This document shows, piece after piece, positions 7,586 through 16,629 of a DNA stretch of 64,000 bases; the first letter of the stretch is position 1; every line of letters begins with the position of its first letter. A model generated the notes under the pieces. The model saw nothing but the letters and a program-made list of their open reading frames with translations. It made no database searches and was not told the origin of the DNA. Both the position numbers and the translations under genes were made by a program. Source of the DNA: a virus (lineage: Duplodnaviria; Heunggongvirae; Uroviricota; Caudoviricetes); the IMG/VR virus record IMGVR_UViG_3300023179_004209, positions 231,832-295,831 of that record. The stretch is one strand, 5' to 3'.

Positions 7586-8197
7586 ATGGGATGTGACATT
7601 CATTTGTATATTGAGTATAAGTCTAAAGATGGATATGATCCTGCATGGCAAGGTTTTGGGGGAAATATTAATCCCGGCCGTAATTACGCAATGTTTGCAT
7701 TGATGGCAGATGTTCGTAACTATTATAGTGACGGAAAATTGCCTGTTTTGGTTGAACGCCGTGGTATGCCTGATGATGCGGGTTATACTGCAACGGATGA
7801 TAACCGAATCTATATTAGTGAAACTAAAAGTGAGGACTATGTTTCTATGGAAACTGCTAAGCGTTGGGTTAAGTCAGGCAGTAGCAAGTTCATCAACGAT
7901 AAGGATGGAAATCCAATTTGGGTTACTAATCCTGATGCACATAGTCATAGTTGGTTGACAACCAGTGAGTTTGAGAGTGTTATCAACAAGTATCTTGAAT
8001 TGGAAGCTGGTTGGCATAAAGTGCGTGTTGAGGAACATAACAAAATGGTTAAGGAAGAGAATATTCAGCCTGATAGTTGGGCTTATGCTCCTCCCTCTAT
8101 GGTTGATGAACCAGAGTATCAAGTTGTATTGGCTAGTTTGAAACGGTTTGAGGAACTTGGATATGATGCTCGTATTGTGTTTTGGTTTGACAACTGA
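7586..8197 (+). CDS. hypothetical protein
   Basis: ORF. Confidence 0.55.
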   Translation: MGCDIHLYIEYKSKDGYDPAWQGFGGNINPGRNYAMFALMADVRNYYSDGKLPVLVERRGMPDDAGYTATDDNRIYISETKSEDYVSMETAKRWVKSGSSKFINDKDGNPIWVTNPDAHSHSWLTTSEFESVINKYLELEAGWHKVRVEEHNKMVKEENIQPDSWAYAPPSMVDEPEYQVVLASLKRFEELGYDARIVFWFDN

Positions 8198-8339
8198 TTT
8201 ATATGAATCTAAAATGGGTGGAAGAAATACAACCAGTATTGGAAGAACAAGAGTTTATTTCTGGTATGCTTGAAATTGCTGAACAAAATGGCATCCGTTG
8301 TTGGGAATGGTGGTTAGAAGAAAAAGAAGAAGAATAATT

Positions 8340-8612
8340 ATGAAATTCAAAGTAAGTTATTACGATTATGACACTGATAAATATGTAACGAAGGATTGTG
8401 ATAGGATGGATTTTTCTAATGGAGAATTTTATTTTTATCCTGTAGATAATCCTGTTAAGATTTATAAGGGTATAGGTATTGACCATCCTAAAGTTAGTAT
8501 TCATCAAAACAATGATCGTATAAAAATTCATATTACAGGGTATCAATATATTATGGGAGAAGGTGGTTACGAAAGAACTGAAACTATTATTGAAAATGTA
8601 AGGGAAGATTGA
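8340..8612 (+). CDS. hypothetical protein
   Basis: internal ATG of track ORF 8298..8612. Confidence 0.5.
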   Translation: MKFKVSYYDYDTDKYVTKDCDRMDFSNGEFYFYPVDNPVKIYKGIGIDHPKVSIHQNNDRIKIHITGYQYIMGEGGYERTETIIENVRED

Positions 8613-8613
8613 T

Positions 8614-8892
8614 ATGAATAAAAAATTAGAATTAATGGTAGAATTAATGTATGTAATGGGACAATTTGGCAAAAACTTGACCGCAGAAAAAACTGCGGAA
8701 ATTATAGAACGAGATGGTAGTGTTGTTACAGGTTTTGTTGTGACTGACAAATATGGTAATGTTGGCATCATTGACAAAGGTGCGGTAAAATGGATTGACA
8801 AAGCTAAATTTTATGGTATGATGCATAATGAAATTGAATTTAACGGAGATGATTTGGTGAAGAGTGTAGAATCATTTGCTAAGACTATATGA
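8614..8892 (+). CDS. hypothetical protein; C-terminal 20 aa paralogous to N-terminus of 11442..11786
   Basis: ORF; EIEFNGDDLVKSVESFAKTI. Confidence 0.5.
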   Translation: MNKKLELMVELMYVMGQFGKNLTAEKTAEIIERDGSVVTGFVVTDKYGNVGIIDKGAVKWIDKAKFYGMMHNEIEFNGDDLVKSVESFAKTI

Positions 8893-9065
8893 AGTATCAA
8901 ATTATAGAAAGATTTGCGTGGTATTTTCCAGATAATGATATTGAAGTAAGCGTTTATCGTAAACAAAGTTATTTTCGTAGATTTATTATGTGGTTGTTTT
9001 TTGATGCTGAACTACGGACCTACTACAAGACACTTGACACTTGTAAGGTAAAAAAAGGTTGATAT
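8889..9065 (+). CDS. 58-aa hypothetical protein
   Basis: ORF below track cutoff, ATGA overlap. Confidence 0.3.
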
Positions 9066-9293
9066 ATGACTAAGAATGAGTTATTGAGTGCTTATAACAA
9101 GGTGTTGGCTGAGAATGTTGAATTACAGAATCAATTGGATTGGTATAAAAATTATGCTGATAGGTTGGTAGAACATAAGGATATGGTATGTTTACCGGCG
9201 GATTTGAAGAATTTGCGTGAAAGCAATCTAAAGTTGGCAACTGAGAATGAAGAGTTGAAGAAACTTATTATGGATAAGTGGTATGAAGATTAA
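9066..9293 (+). CDS. coiled-coil small protein
   Basis: ORF. Confidence 0.5.
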   Translation: MTKNELLSAYNKVLAENVELQNQLDWYKNYADRLVEHKDMVCLPADLKNLRESNLKLATENEELKKLIMDKWYED

Positions 9294-9558
9294 AGTTAAG
9301 AATATTAAGATTCCCAAATGTTTTCCGTATAAGGACTATACTTGTAAAGTTGATCGCCATAAATTTCACGCTAATTTATTTGAAGATAATGGTGGAGAGT
9401 TATCTGCAAAGATTGGTAGAGAGTTATATCTTGTCAAAGAAAATGGTAAATTGGAAGATTGGATTGATGAGGCTATGGAGATGAGTGATTTTTATCATAA
9501 TCTGGTTGACTTTCTAAAAGAAGTAAAGTATATTCATAACCAAGAGAAAAATGACTAA
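9283..9558 (+). CDS. hypothetical protein
   Basis: ORF. Confidence 0.5.
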   Translation: MKIKVKNIKIPKCFPYKDYTCKVDRHKFHANLFEDNGGELSAKIGRELYLVKENGKLEDWIDEAMEMSDFYHNLVDFLKEVKYIHNQEKND

Positions 9559-9913
9559 CGAAGAAATCAATAAAATTATTGCTGAATTTCGTGGGTGGGT
9601 GGAATATCATCCAACTCCAGAAAGCATATCCAAAGGATATCCTAGTTATTCTTATTGGACACCTCCGAGGGATTCAAAACAATTTGCTGAAAACTGGGGT
9701 AAATTAGAAATGGATTATCCGCCAGATTATTGTAATGATTTGAATGCAATGCATGACGCAGAAAATACACTAAATGATGATCAACAATATGAGTATGCTT
9801 ATGTGCTTGATGATTTGATTAAAAATCGTTCTTGTGAATTTGATTTGATTCACGCTTCTGCACGAATGCGAGCAGAAACTTTTGTAAGAACAATTAGTAA
9901 ATGGAAAGAATAG
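9551..9913 (+). CDS. hypothetical protein
   Basis: ORF. Confidence 0.5.
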   Translation: MTNEEINKIIAEFRGWVEYHPTPESISKGYPSYSYWTPPRDSKQFAENWGKLEMDYPPDYCNDLNAMHDAENTLNDDQQYEYAYVLDDLIKNRSCEFDLIHASARMRAETFVRTISKWKE

Positions 9914-10041
9914 TATGATTAAACAAACAAAAAAACATAGATTTTATGCGTGGTTACTTAAACATTTGATTTTGCCAAAATGTCTAAGAATGAGGCTTAT
10001 TAAAAAAGTAAGTGACACTGCTCAATATTGAATGTCAACAA

Positions 10042-10064
10042 CCCCTAGGATAAAGCCATAGGGG
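10042..10064. repeat. IS end hairpin CCCCTAGG-ATAAAG-CCATAGGGG (right end, overlaps tnpB stop)
   Basis: 8-bp stem with A bulge; near-identical copy at 11323-11345. Confidence 0.6.
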
Positions 10065-11211
10065 CTTGTAATGCTGTTGCTTTCACAACAGGCTTACATA
10101 CATTTGGCTGGTTGACGACAGCCTGCCCGTAAGTCAGGTAATTAGTCTGTGATACGGGAAGTTTGGACAATTTAGCAATATTGATTGCCGCATTAATGTC
10201 CGCATCATAAATAAGTCCATTCTTAGAGTAAAATCTACAACCTCTTCTTTCTCCATCACGATTTCCAGTTACACTATCAATCTGTGATGTATAATAAGGG
10301 CGAACTAGTAGAACCAATTTACCTTGATTCTCTGCCTTATAGCTTATTACTCTACGAAGTTCAAATATTGGAACTTGTCCAATTGAACGCTTATTTTGAT
10401 ATTTATTTTTTTTCTTTTTTATACCGACAAGATTTTCAAGCACGATTGTATCTGCTTCTGTGTTTAAAACTTCATTAGCAATCAAATGTGTTTGATTTCT
10501 ATTTTTGTTAGATTCTTTATGTTTTAACTTACGAAGATGTCTTCTGGCACTTTTAGTGCTTTTGGATTTGAGACTATCTTTTAAATGTCTCAATCTACGC
10601 TTATCTCCATTAAACTTTCTATCAATAATTATTCTACCATCACTACAAGCTGCATTACGACGAATGCCGATATCTACTCCTAAAGCGAGTTTTTGTTTTA
10701 ATGGTTCTTTAGGTTTATTATCAAATGTAAATGATATAAATAATTTACCATCATTTTCATAAATTAGAGGATCTGTATATTCATATTTGTCCAATAATTC
10801 CTTTAGTTTAGGATACACTACAAATTTAAATGATTGTCTTCCAGAAGTAGTAGTTATACGGATTGAATATTTATCAGTTTTGTTTTTTGAATAAAGTCTT
10901 TTATCTAAACGCATGGAAAGGTTTTTCTTTTCAATTGATTTTTTTAATCTGTGTTTATTTGACTTTGTAGATTTATAACTTGATAAACATTCTTGTTCTG
11001 CTTTAATAATAACTTGTGATGGTATATTTGGATATTGTTTTCTAATGTTATTATAAACTTTAGAATGTAAAACTAACAAACTATTTTTTGTTTCATTGAA
11101 TTGATGTTGTGAAGCAAAATTAAATACAACTTTATGCATTTCAAGAATTGACTTTAAACTATCAAAGTCTTCTTGATTTTTCATTAAAAGTTGTGTATTA
11201 TATGATATCAC
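10045..11211 (-). CDS. tnpB: TnpB (OrfB) RuvC-like RNA-guided nuclease family protein
   Basis: RuvC-I GVDIGIRRNAA, RuvC-II IVLENLVG, RuvC-III YDADINAAINIAK; zinc-finger Cys mostly lost. Confidence 0.75.
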   Translation of the reverse strand: MISYNTQLLMKNQEDFDSLKSILEMHKVVFNFASQHQFNETKNSLLVLHSKVYNNIRKQYPNIPSQVIIKAEQECLSSYKSTKSNKHRLKKSIEKKNLSMRLDKRLYSKNKTDKYSIRITTTSGRQSFKFVVYPKLKELLDKYEYTDPLIYENDGKLFISFTFDNKPKEPLKQKLALGVDIGIRRNAACSDGRIIIDRKFNGDKRRLRHLKDSLKSKSTKSARRHLRKLKHKESNKNRNQTHLIANEVLNTEADTIVLENLVGIKKKKNKYQNKRSIGQVPIFELRRVISYKAENQGKLVLLVRPYYTSQIDSVTGNRDGERRGCRFYSKNGLIYDADINAAINIAKLSKLPVSQTNYLTYGQAVVNQPNVCKPVVKATALQAPMALS

Positions 11212-11322
11212 TTCATATAAATATACACTATAAATACAAAAAGTGAAAAATAATGAAAAATATTTTTGTGGTTGACAAAATCAAGCGGTCAATGTATATT
11301 GATTACATAGTCGGAATTCCTC

Positions 11323-11345
11323 CCCCTAGGCTAAAGCCATAGGGG
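11323..11345. repeat. IS end hairpin CCCCTAGG-CTAAAG-CCATAGGGG (left end)
   Basis: same palindrome as 10042-10064. Confidence 0.6.
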
Positions 11346-11441
11346 TTTCCTTCCTCCAAAAAATATGAAGAAGAATGGTGGTGGATTGGATATAGTGATG
11401 GTGTGGATGATTATTCCAGAACTTTACATTTATAAAATAAT

Positions 11442-11786
11442 ATGAACAATAAAGAAATAGAATTTAATGTTGATGATTTAGTAAAAAGCGTTGAATCACT
11501 TGCTCAACATATAAAAAATGTACATTACGAAATGTATTATTTAAAAGAAGATTTGAACGAATATAAAAAAATAAACGAACTACAGCATAGGCTTATGAAA
11601 AACGCTGAAGAACGAGGTATAAAAAAAGGACTTCAAGAATCTCAAGAAGAATTACAAAAATATAAATCATTTGTAAATTCATTGCTTAGTCCCGAAGAAT
11701 ATGGTTATGCTGTTAGTGCTGAAGTGCGTGATCAAGCACGAATTTTGCTGGGTATGAAGCCAGTTGAAAGTAAATTAAAGAAATAA
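11442..11786 (+). CDS. coiled-coil protein; N-terminal EIEFNVDDLVKSVES motif
   Basis: ORF. Confidence 0.5.
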   Translation: MNNKEIEFNVDDLVKSVESLAQHIKNVHYEMYYLKEDLNEYKKINELQHRLMKNAEERGIKKGLQESQEELQKYKSFVNSLLSPEEYGYAVSAEVRDQARILLGMKPVESKLKK

Positions 11787-11787
11787 T

Positions 11788-12006
11788 ATGAATACAAAGT
11801 ATATAAGTATATATCCGCAATGGCATTGTAGAAATGGTGGTGGATTATTTGTTGGAATACGATTTCAATTTCCAGTGACTAACTATGATAGTGAAGCATT
11901 TGCTTCTAACCATACTTATAGTTGTTTACGCTTGACATTGGGACTATTAGTGTTTAGTATCAATGTAGAGGTAAAATACAATTATATTAAAATGTTACCC
12001 CAATGA
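11788..12006 (+). CDS. hypothetical small protein
   Basis: ORF. Confidence 0.4.
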   Translation: MNTKYISIYPQWHCRNGGGLFVGIRFQFPVTNYDSEAFASNHTYSCLRLTLGLLVFSINVEVKYNYIKMLPQ

Positions 12007-12350
12007 AATATGTTAAACTAATTGCCAAGCCTGATACTTGGTTTAAGGCGGGAACAGAAGCGTTTGATTACGACTGCTTTGGCAAACGAATTACGCTTGA
12101 GTCATACAATAAATGGCTCAAATCAGGCAGTATCTTGGCTAGAGGTATTCATATCTATGAAGATGGTGTTGAAGCTGAAGATGGTGAATTGTGCGGTATT
12201 GATGAATTTGATGTTGAAGTAGTTGAAGAAGAAAGGTTGATACAGACTAATCAAGTTGATGTTATGATTGAAATGGCAAAAGATTCTGACAAATTAGAGA
12301 GTGAGAATTTTATTGCAAAAGCAGCATTAAAAAATAATAACGAGGAATAA
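12003..12350 (+). CDS. acidic hypothetical protein
   Basis: ORF. Confidence 0.5.
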   Translation: MKYVKLIAKPDTWFKAGTEAFDYDCFGKRITLESYNKWLKSGSILARGIHIYEDGVEAEDGELCGIDEFDVEVVEEERLIQTNQVDVMIEMAKDSDKLESENFIAKAALKNNNEE

Positions 12351-12355
12351 TTAAT

Positions 12356-12688
12356 ATGATTTGTACCGCTAAACATCCTAATGATTATCATTTATTGACT
12401 CGACCAAAGATGAATGTTAAAATCTATGATTGTCAATGCAATGTGGTAGCGAATATAGAGGGAAATCTATCGTTAGATCTAATAGAGGACATTTATTCTA
12501 AAGAAGGACCACAGGCTGCAAAAGATGTTTGGTGGGAAACCTATTTGTGGATAAAAGAACAAGAGGCGATACAATATAAAGAAAAAGATATTCCGTGGCC
12601 TAAGCCATTAGATCCTCCAACTACTACTGCTGAGGCAGAAGCCAGACAAAGAAGGTTTGAAGATAATATCAGGTATATTCAAGGTTAA
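12356..12688 (+). CDS. hypothetical protein
   Basis: ORF. Confidence 0.5.
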   Translation: MICTAKHPNDYHLLTRPKMNVKIYDCQCNVVANIEGNLSLDLIEDIYSKEGPQAAKDVWWETYLWIKEQEAIQYKEKDIPWPKPLDPPTTTAEAEARQRRFEDNIRYIQG

Positions 12689-12695
12689 TATTCAA

Positions 12696-12932
12696 ATGAA
12701 AAATAGTTGTAAGCATCAGAGACTAGTAGAAGTAAAAACTCCCGTATATAATCATTATACTGGTGATGAATCTGTTGATATAAGTTGGGAATGGGAAGAT
12801 ACTTTTAAAGATATAGATTTGCATAGGTATAAATGCACACAATGTGGTGAAATTGGTTATTACTCAGGTGCTGCTGAAAATTACTATACCAAAGGAATCA
12901 AAAATCCTATGTTGGGACCAAGTTATGAATGA
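12696..12932 (+). CDS. zinc-ribbon small protein (CxxC)
   Basis: internal ATG of track ORF. Confidence 0.45.
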   Translation: MKNSCKHQRLVEVKTPVYNHYTGDESVDISWEWEDTFKDIDLHRYKCTQCGEIGYYSGAAENYYTKGIKNPMLGPSYE

Positions 12933-13299
12933 AGAAGAATTTGATATAAAGGACGATAGACGGACATACTATTACAACATTTTTGGCAAGATGGAACCAG
13001 ACTATGAAAGTATGTGTGCTTATTTATTGGATGAAGGTGTATTGTTTGTAAGTTCAGCAATCAGTAAACACAATGGTAAAGATTGTTTGGCATTGTATGT
13101 ATTAATTAATGATTATTTTGTACCCGCTTCAGATGGTGAAGAAGTAACATACGATGAATTGCCAAAGTTGTATGAATTGTATAAAGAAAAACAATGGGAT
13201 GGCGTGTCTCAATTTGTAGCAGATAAACGAGGTATTCCAAACATTTACTGGAAAGATAAAGGTAGCGCATTTCAGAAAAAAGTTGGGAATGAAAAATAA
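12925..13299 (+). CDS. hypothetical protein
   Basis: ATGAATGA overlap start. Confidence 0.5.
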   Translation: MNEEEFDIKDDRRTYYYNIFGKMEPDYESMCAYLLDEGVLFVSSAISKHNGKDCLALYVLINDYFVPASDGEEVTYDELPKLYELYKEKQWDGVSQFVADKRGIPNIYWKDKGSAFQKKVGNEK

Positions 13300-13338
13300 G
13301 TCTTGACTTAGTAATATATCAGTGATATATGTATTGAT

Positions 13339-13803
13339 ATGAACCGAAGAAAATTTATTACATCAACCGCACTTGCATTGCCATCCGTAGCAGTGTTTGG
13401 TGCAATATCAACGCAACCAGAAATGAATATGCTTTATAGAAAGCGTGATTTCATTTTTAATAGTGAAACCACGACTTATAGAAGTGCTACCAGTCTTTAT
13501 TCTAATGAGGATATGACGGAGTGGTGTAATAAGAATGGTTTGTATTATGCTAAAAATGATGAACTAAATAAACAACTTTTTAAACATCAAATAAATGACG
13601 ACTTAGTTTTTATGGATAAACATTTGTTTGATAGAGATAAGTCACTTAGTTATATAAAGTGTTATATAAATGGAAATGAACGCCAATTCTGGCATAAAGG
13701 TTATAAGCGTGTAGTAATAGACATTTTTACAACAGATGATAAAGAAATTTATTATTGGCCACAAAATAGTGTTGTGATTAGTTGTGTCTTTGGTGAAGCA
13801 TAA
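13339..13803 (+). CDS. secreted protein with Tat-like signal (RRKFITSTALALPSVAVFGA)
   Basis: twin-Arg motif and hydrophobic core. Confidence 0.55.
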   Translation: MNRRKFITSTALALPSVAVFGAISTQPEMNMLYRKRDFIFNSETTTYRSATSLYSNEDMTEWCNKNGLYYAKNDELNKQLFKHQINDDLVFMDKHLFDRDKSLSYIKCYINGNERQFWHKGYKRVVIDIFTTDDKEIYYWPQNSVVISCVFGEA

Positions 13804-13819
13804 TTTTTCAAAAAAGCTG

Positions 13820-13848
13820 TTGACTTCTGCGGAGGATTGGTGTAGGAT
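13820..13848 (+). promoter_or_regulatory. promoter TTGACT-N17-TAGGAT
   Basis: ATG at 13858 after ATATCCAAG. Confidence 0.65.
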
Positions 13849-13857
13849 ATATCCAAG

Positions 13858-13944
13858 ATGAATATTGAATTCCTAGCGGAAAATGCGGCGATGTTGGGAA
13901 TGATTCTGGGGATTGTTCTCATTTTGTGGATTGAAAATATTTAA
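13858..13944 (+). CDS. 28-aa hydrophobic peptide
   Basis: ATG in canonical position behind promoter. Confidence 0.3.
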   Translation: MNIEFLAENAAMLGMILGIVLILWIENI

Positions 13945-13953
13945 CAAAAGCTG

Positions 13954-13982
13954 TTGACTGATTAAGTAAAAAACAAATAAAA
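13954..13982 (+). promoter_or_regulatory. promoter TTGACT with weak -10
   Basis: GCTGTTGACT as in 13815-13825. Confidence 0.35.
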
Positions 13983-13984
13983 TT

Positions 13985-14114
13985 GTATCTTTTGTTAAGT
14001 TGTATATAGTTAATATTACAGGCTTCATTTCCTGTTCTAAAATTTAGCAGCCCTACTGCTAATATTAAAAAAGCCCCCAAGCTTTCCCTGATAGGCCCAC
14101 TATCAGGGTTTTTC
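13985..14114 (+). ncRNA. putative small RNA ending in a terminator
   Basis: hairpin AGCAGCCCTACTGCT, then terminator; no ORF. Confidence 0.3.
14086..14114 (+). terminator. Rho-independent terminator CCCTGATAG..TATCAGGG + TTTTT
   Basis: 8-bp stem and T-run. Confidence 0.65.
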
Positions 14115-14722
14115 ATTTTTATTTCAAATATATTTTTGTTTTTGTTGACGGCTAGATATTTATATACATAGCAATTTTGATTATCTCAATGTGGGCCATT
14201 GTATATGAGTCAAAATTCAATTGGAGCGGTAGAATAAAAAATGACCTGTATCTTGCTAACCGGAGATACTTGAATCAGACCGACCAGTCCAAAGCTCACG
14301 CAACAGAGCATAAAAATAAGAAAGTTAATTACTTTTCCTGAATACAATTTACCGGCCGTGATTAGAAATAATCAGAATATACTATTGTTGGTGTAAAATG
14401 TCTTTCATTATTTATGAATTGACGCACCGTGGAGTTTTGAGGTAGGCGTTCTCCCGCATATAGATGTAATAGATAGTATTGAGTTGCATAGCATCAGCTA
14501 TGGTTAATAGACTCTGTTATGTTGCGCATAGAACCTGTGTAGGACAGGGATCATATCCTACAGACGGCAGATATACATTATTGCAAACTACTATGATACA
14601 TATTTATACCTAGCAATAGGTGAATTGTATTCAGTAGTTTGCAAATCCGGCAGATGGAAGTTTGCCTAGCGGTTCAAATATAAATAAAGCGCTGTAACTT
14701 AATAAAATACTTATAGCATATT

Positions 14723-14983
14723 ATGACGCAGCAATTTAAAACATATACCAATAGTATTACCACTTTAATTGACGCAAACAATTATATACAACAAAAATAC
14801 GGAACTAATGCAATGTTAGAAGAAGTTGTTGTTGATGGTAAAACTAAATATCAATTTTGTAATATCCCCTCCGTCAAAAATTATCCCCATAAATTAAAAA
14901 ATGTTACATCTGCAATGAATGTATTGTTTGCGCATGAAAGAGGTTGGATTGCTTATAACAAAAATCTCAAAAATTCCAATTGA
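14723..14983 (+). CDS. hypothetical protein
   Basis: ORF; stop lies in the next -35. Confidence 0.5.
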   Translation: MTQQFKTYTNSITTLIDANNYIQQKYGTNAMLEEVVVDGKTKYQFCNIPSVKNYPHKLKNVTSAMNVLFAHERGWIAYNKNLKNSN

Positions 14984-15008
14984 CTTTCTATAAATTTGGT
15001 GGTAAACT
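14980..15008 (+). promoter_or_regulatory. promoter TTGACT-N17-TAAACT
   Basis: family member, repeated at 15211 and 15458. Confidence 0.6.
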
Positions 15009-15031
15009 TAAAAAGTAAAGTAAGTTAAACT

Positions 15032-15214
15032 ATGAACAATTGTAGAGTAATTTTGTTGCTTTTTGGTGGAGTTTATGTTCGTGTGGAATTCGGACCAAAA
15101 GATTTTGAAATTCAAGCGTTCAAAGAATTTCAAGACAAAGAAGAACAATTGTTCTTTTATCAGTGTGTATTGAACTATCTCAATGCCGAATGGATTAGTC
15201 TAAAAAGTTGTTGA
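15032..15214 (+). CDS. hypothetical small protein
   Basis: ORF; stop codon is the TGA inside the next TTGACT. Confidence 0.45.
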   Translation: MNNCRVILLLFGGVYVRVEFGPKDFEIQAFKEFQDKEEQLFFYQCVLNYLNAEWISLKSC

Positions 15215-15239
15215 CTTCTTATAAAGTGTGTGGTAAACT
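15211..15239 (+). promoter_or_regulatory. promoter TTGACT-N17-TAAACT
   Basis: near-identical to 14980 and 15458 copies. Confidence 0.6.
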
Positions 15240-15257
15240 TAAAAAGTAAATTAAACT

Positions 15258-15449
15258 ATGAATAAGAAATATCTTCTGTTCGCTGGCAATAGTCGCACTA
15301 CTGGGTGGGATGGGTTTATTGGAAAATTTGATTCTGAAAATGATGCCTACAAATTTCTTATCAGTCAGGATAACTTTGATTATGATTGGGCTGAAATTGT
15401 TGATATTGAACAGCTGAAGGTGGTTTGGACCGAAAGTGGAATGGACTAA
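15258..15449 (+). CDS. hypothetical small protein
   Basis: ORF. Confidence 0.5.
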   Translation: MNKKYLLFAGNSRTTGWDGFIGKFDSENDAYKFLISQDNFDYDWAEIVDIEQLKVVWTESGMD

Positions 15450-15457
15450 AAGATCAT

Positions 15458-15486
15458 TTGACTTGTTATAAAGTGTGTGGTAAAGT
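15458..15486 (+). promoter_or_regulatory. promoter TTGACT-N17-TAAAGT
   Basis: family member. Confidence 0.6.
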
Positions 15487-15492
15487 AGAGTT

Positions 15493-15624
15493 ATGTTAAA
15501 ATTCAAACTTACATTAATTTCAGGCTTGGTTGTTGAACATTTTTCAGATACTATGATTCAAGCAATTAAGTATGTGGAACATAGATTTGAAACAAGTGTG
15601 GTAAAAGCTGAAAAGGTAAACTAA
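15493..15624 (+). CDS. 43-aa hypothetical peptide
   Basis: first ATG after promoter, below track cutoff. Confidence 0.25.
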   Translation: MLKFKLTLISGLVVEHFSDTMIQAIKYVEHRFETSVVKAEKVN

Positions 15625-15625
15625 T

Positions 15626-15997
15626 ATGACACGGCAAATTAAATTTAGAGTATACAATAACAAACAAAACAAATGGGTTCACGGACCTGGCAATGAAGTG
15701 AATTTGTTTGGAGAAACAATTTTGTTTGGGGCATTTATGAATAATGTTCCTACAGAAGAATTGAATGATTGCGTTGCACTAGAATACACTGGCTTAACTG
15801 ATAAAAATGGTAAAGAAATTTACGAGGGTGATATTATTCATTTAAAATTTGGTGAGTTAAATGCCAACCTTGTGGTAAAGTGGGATAAATATATGGGCTT
15901 GAAATACCATAATGGAGGATGGACTTCTATGGTGCATGTTAATACCCACGGAGAAGTAATTGGCAATATTTTTGAACATAGTGAACTATTAAACTAA
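15626..15997 (+). CDS. YopX-like phage protein (paralog 1)
   Basis: YTGLTDKNGKEIYEGDII motif typical of the YopX family. Confidence 0.45.
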   Translation: MTRQIKFRVYNNKQNKWVHGPGNEVNLFGETILFGAFMNNVPTEELNDCVALEYTGLTDKNGKEIYEGDIIHLKFGELNANLVVKWDKYMGLKYHNGGWTSMVHVNTHGEVIGNIFEHSELLN

Positions 15998-15998
15998 T

Positions 15999-16430
15999 AT
16001 GAACAGACCAATTAAATTTAGAGTTTGGCTACCGTCACTAAATAAATTTGGTAGTGACAATAGTGTTTTTATGGATTGTTATGGTAAACTATATGGCGTT
16101 ACCAGACCCAGTTTAGTTGATGATTCACGAAGTATTGTCAACATTGGCCAATTCAAAGAATTTAGCGGACATACAATTCAATGGTATACTGGCTTAACTG
16201 ATAGCAACGATAAAGAAATTTACGAAGGTGATATTCTAATGTATAAGTCTGGTTCTATACCTACAACAGGTGTAATAGGACAAGTATTATATGAAGCTGA
16301 TGAAGGCGGTTATATCTTTCAATGGGAACGAAAAGGACCAAATCAACATCATATCAACCTAAATTGTGATGTAGCATTTGAGTCCGTCATTGTTGGCAAT
16401 ATTTTTGAACAAAGTGAACTATTAAAATGA
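15999..16430 (+). CDS. YopX-like phage protein (paralog 2)
   Basis: YTGLTDSNDKEIYEGDIL; shared C-terminal GNIFE(H/Q)SELL. Confidence 0.45.
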   Translation: MNRPIKFRVWLPSLNKFGSDNSVFMDCYGKLYGVTRPSLVDDSRSIVNIGQFKEFSGHTIQWYTGLTDSNDKEIYEGDILMYKSGSIPTTGVIGQVLYEADEGGYIFQWERKGPNQHHINLNCDVAFESVIVGNIFEQSELLK

Positions 16431-16629
16431 TTGTTTTAATTACTTATCTTGATAAAGAAACAAATACCAAAATGGTGAGTCACGGATACAATACAGAAAC
16501 CGATGAACTTGTTGTTTTGCCAAATTCTCCACTGCGTGAATTTGATTATTCATTTGATTCAGTGCATAGAGAGTATATACTAAACTAATCTTACGATAAT
16601 CTTCTGATAAACAAACACAATCTACCGAT

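Larger units (their letters stand above)
10030..11365 (-). mobile_element. IS200/IS605-family (IS1341-like) tnpB-only insertion element, approximate bounds
   Basis: TnpB ORF flanked by two copies of a 23-nt imperfect palindrome (10042-10064, 11323-11345); no tnpA. Confidence 0.6.

Noticed and set aside
8199-8801. 200-aa minus-strand ORF
   Set aside because: Antisense to three compact plus-strand genes. Ile/Asn/Phe-rich low-complexity translation typical of an AT-rich antisense frame.
10505-10762. 85-aa plus-strand ORF
   Set aside because: Antisense inside tnpB.
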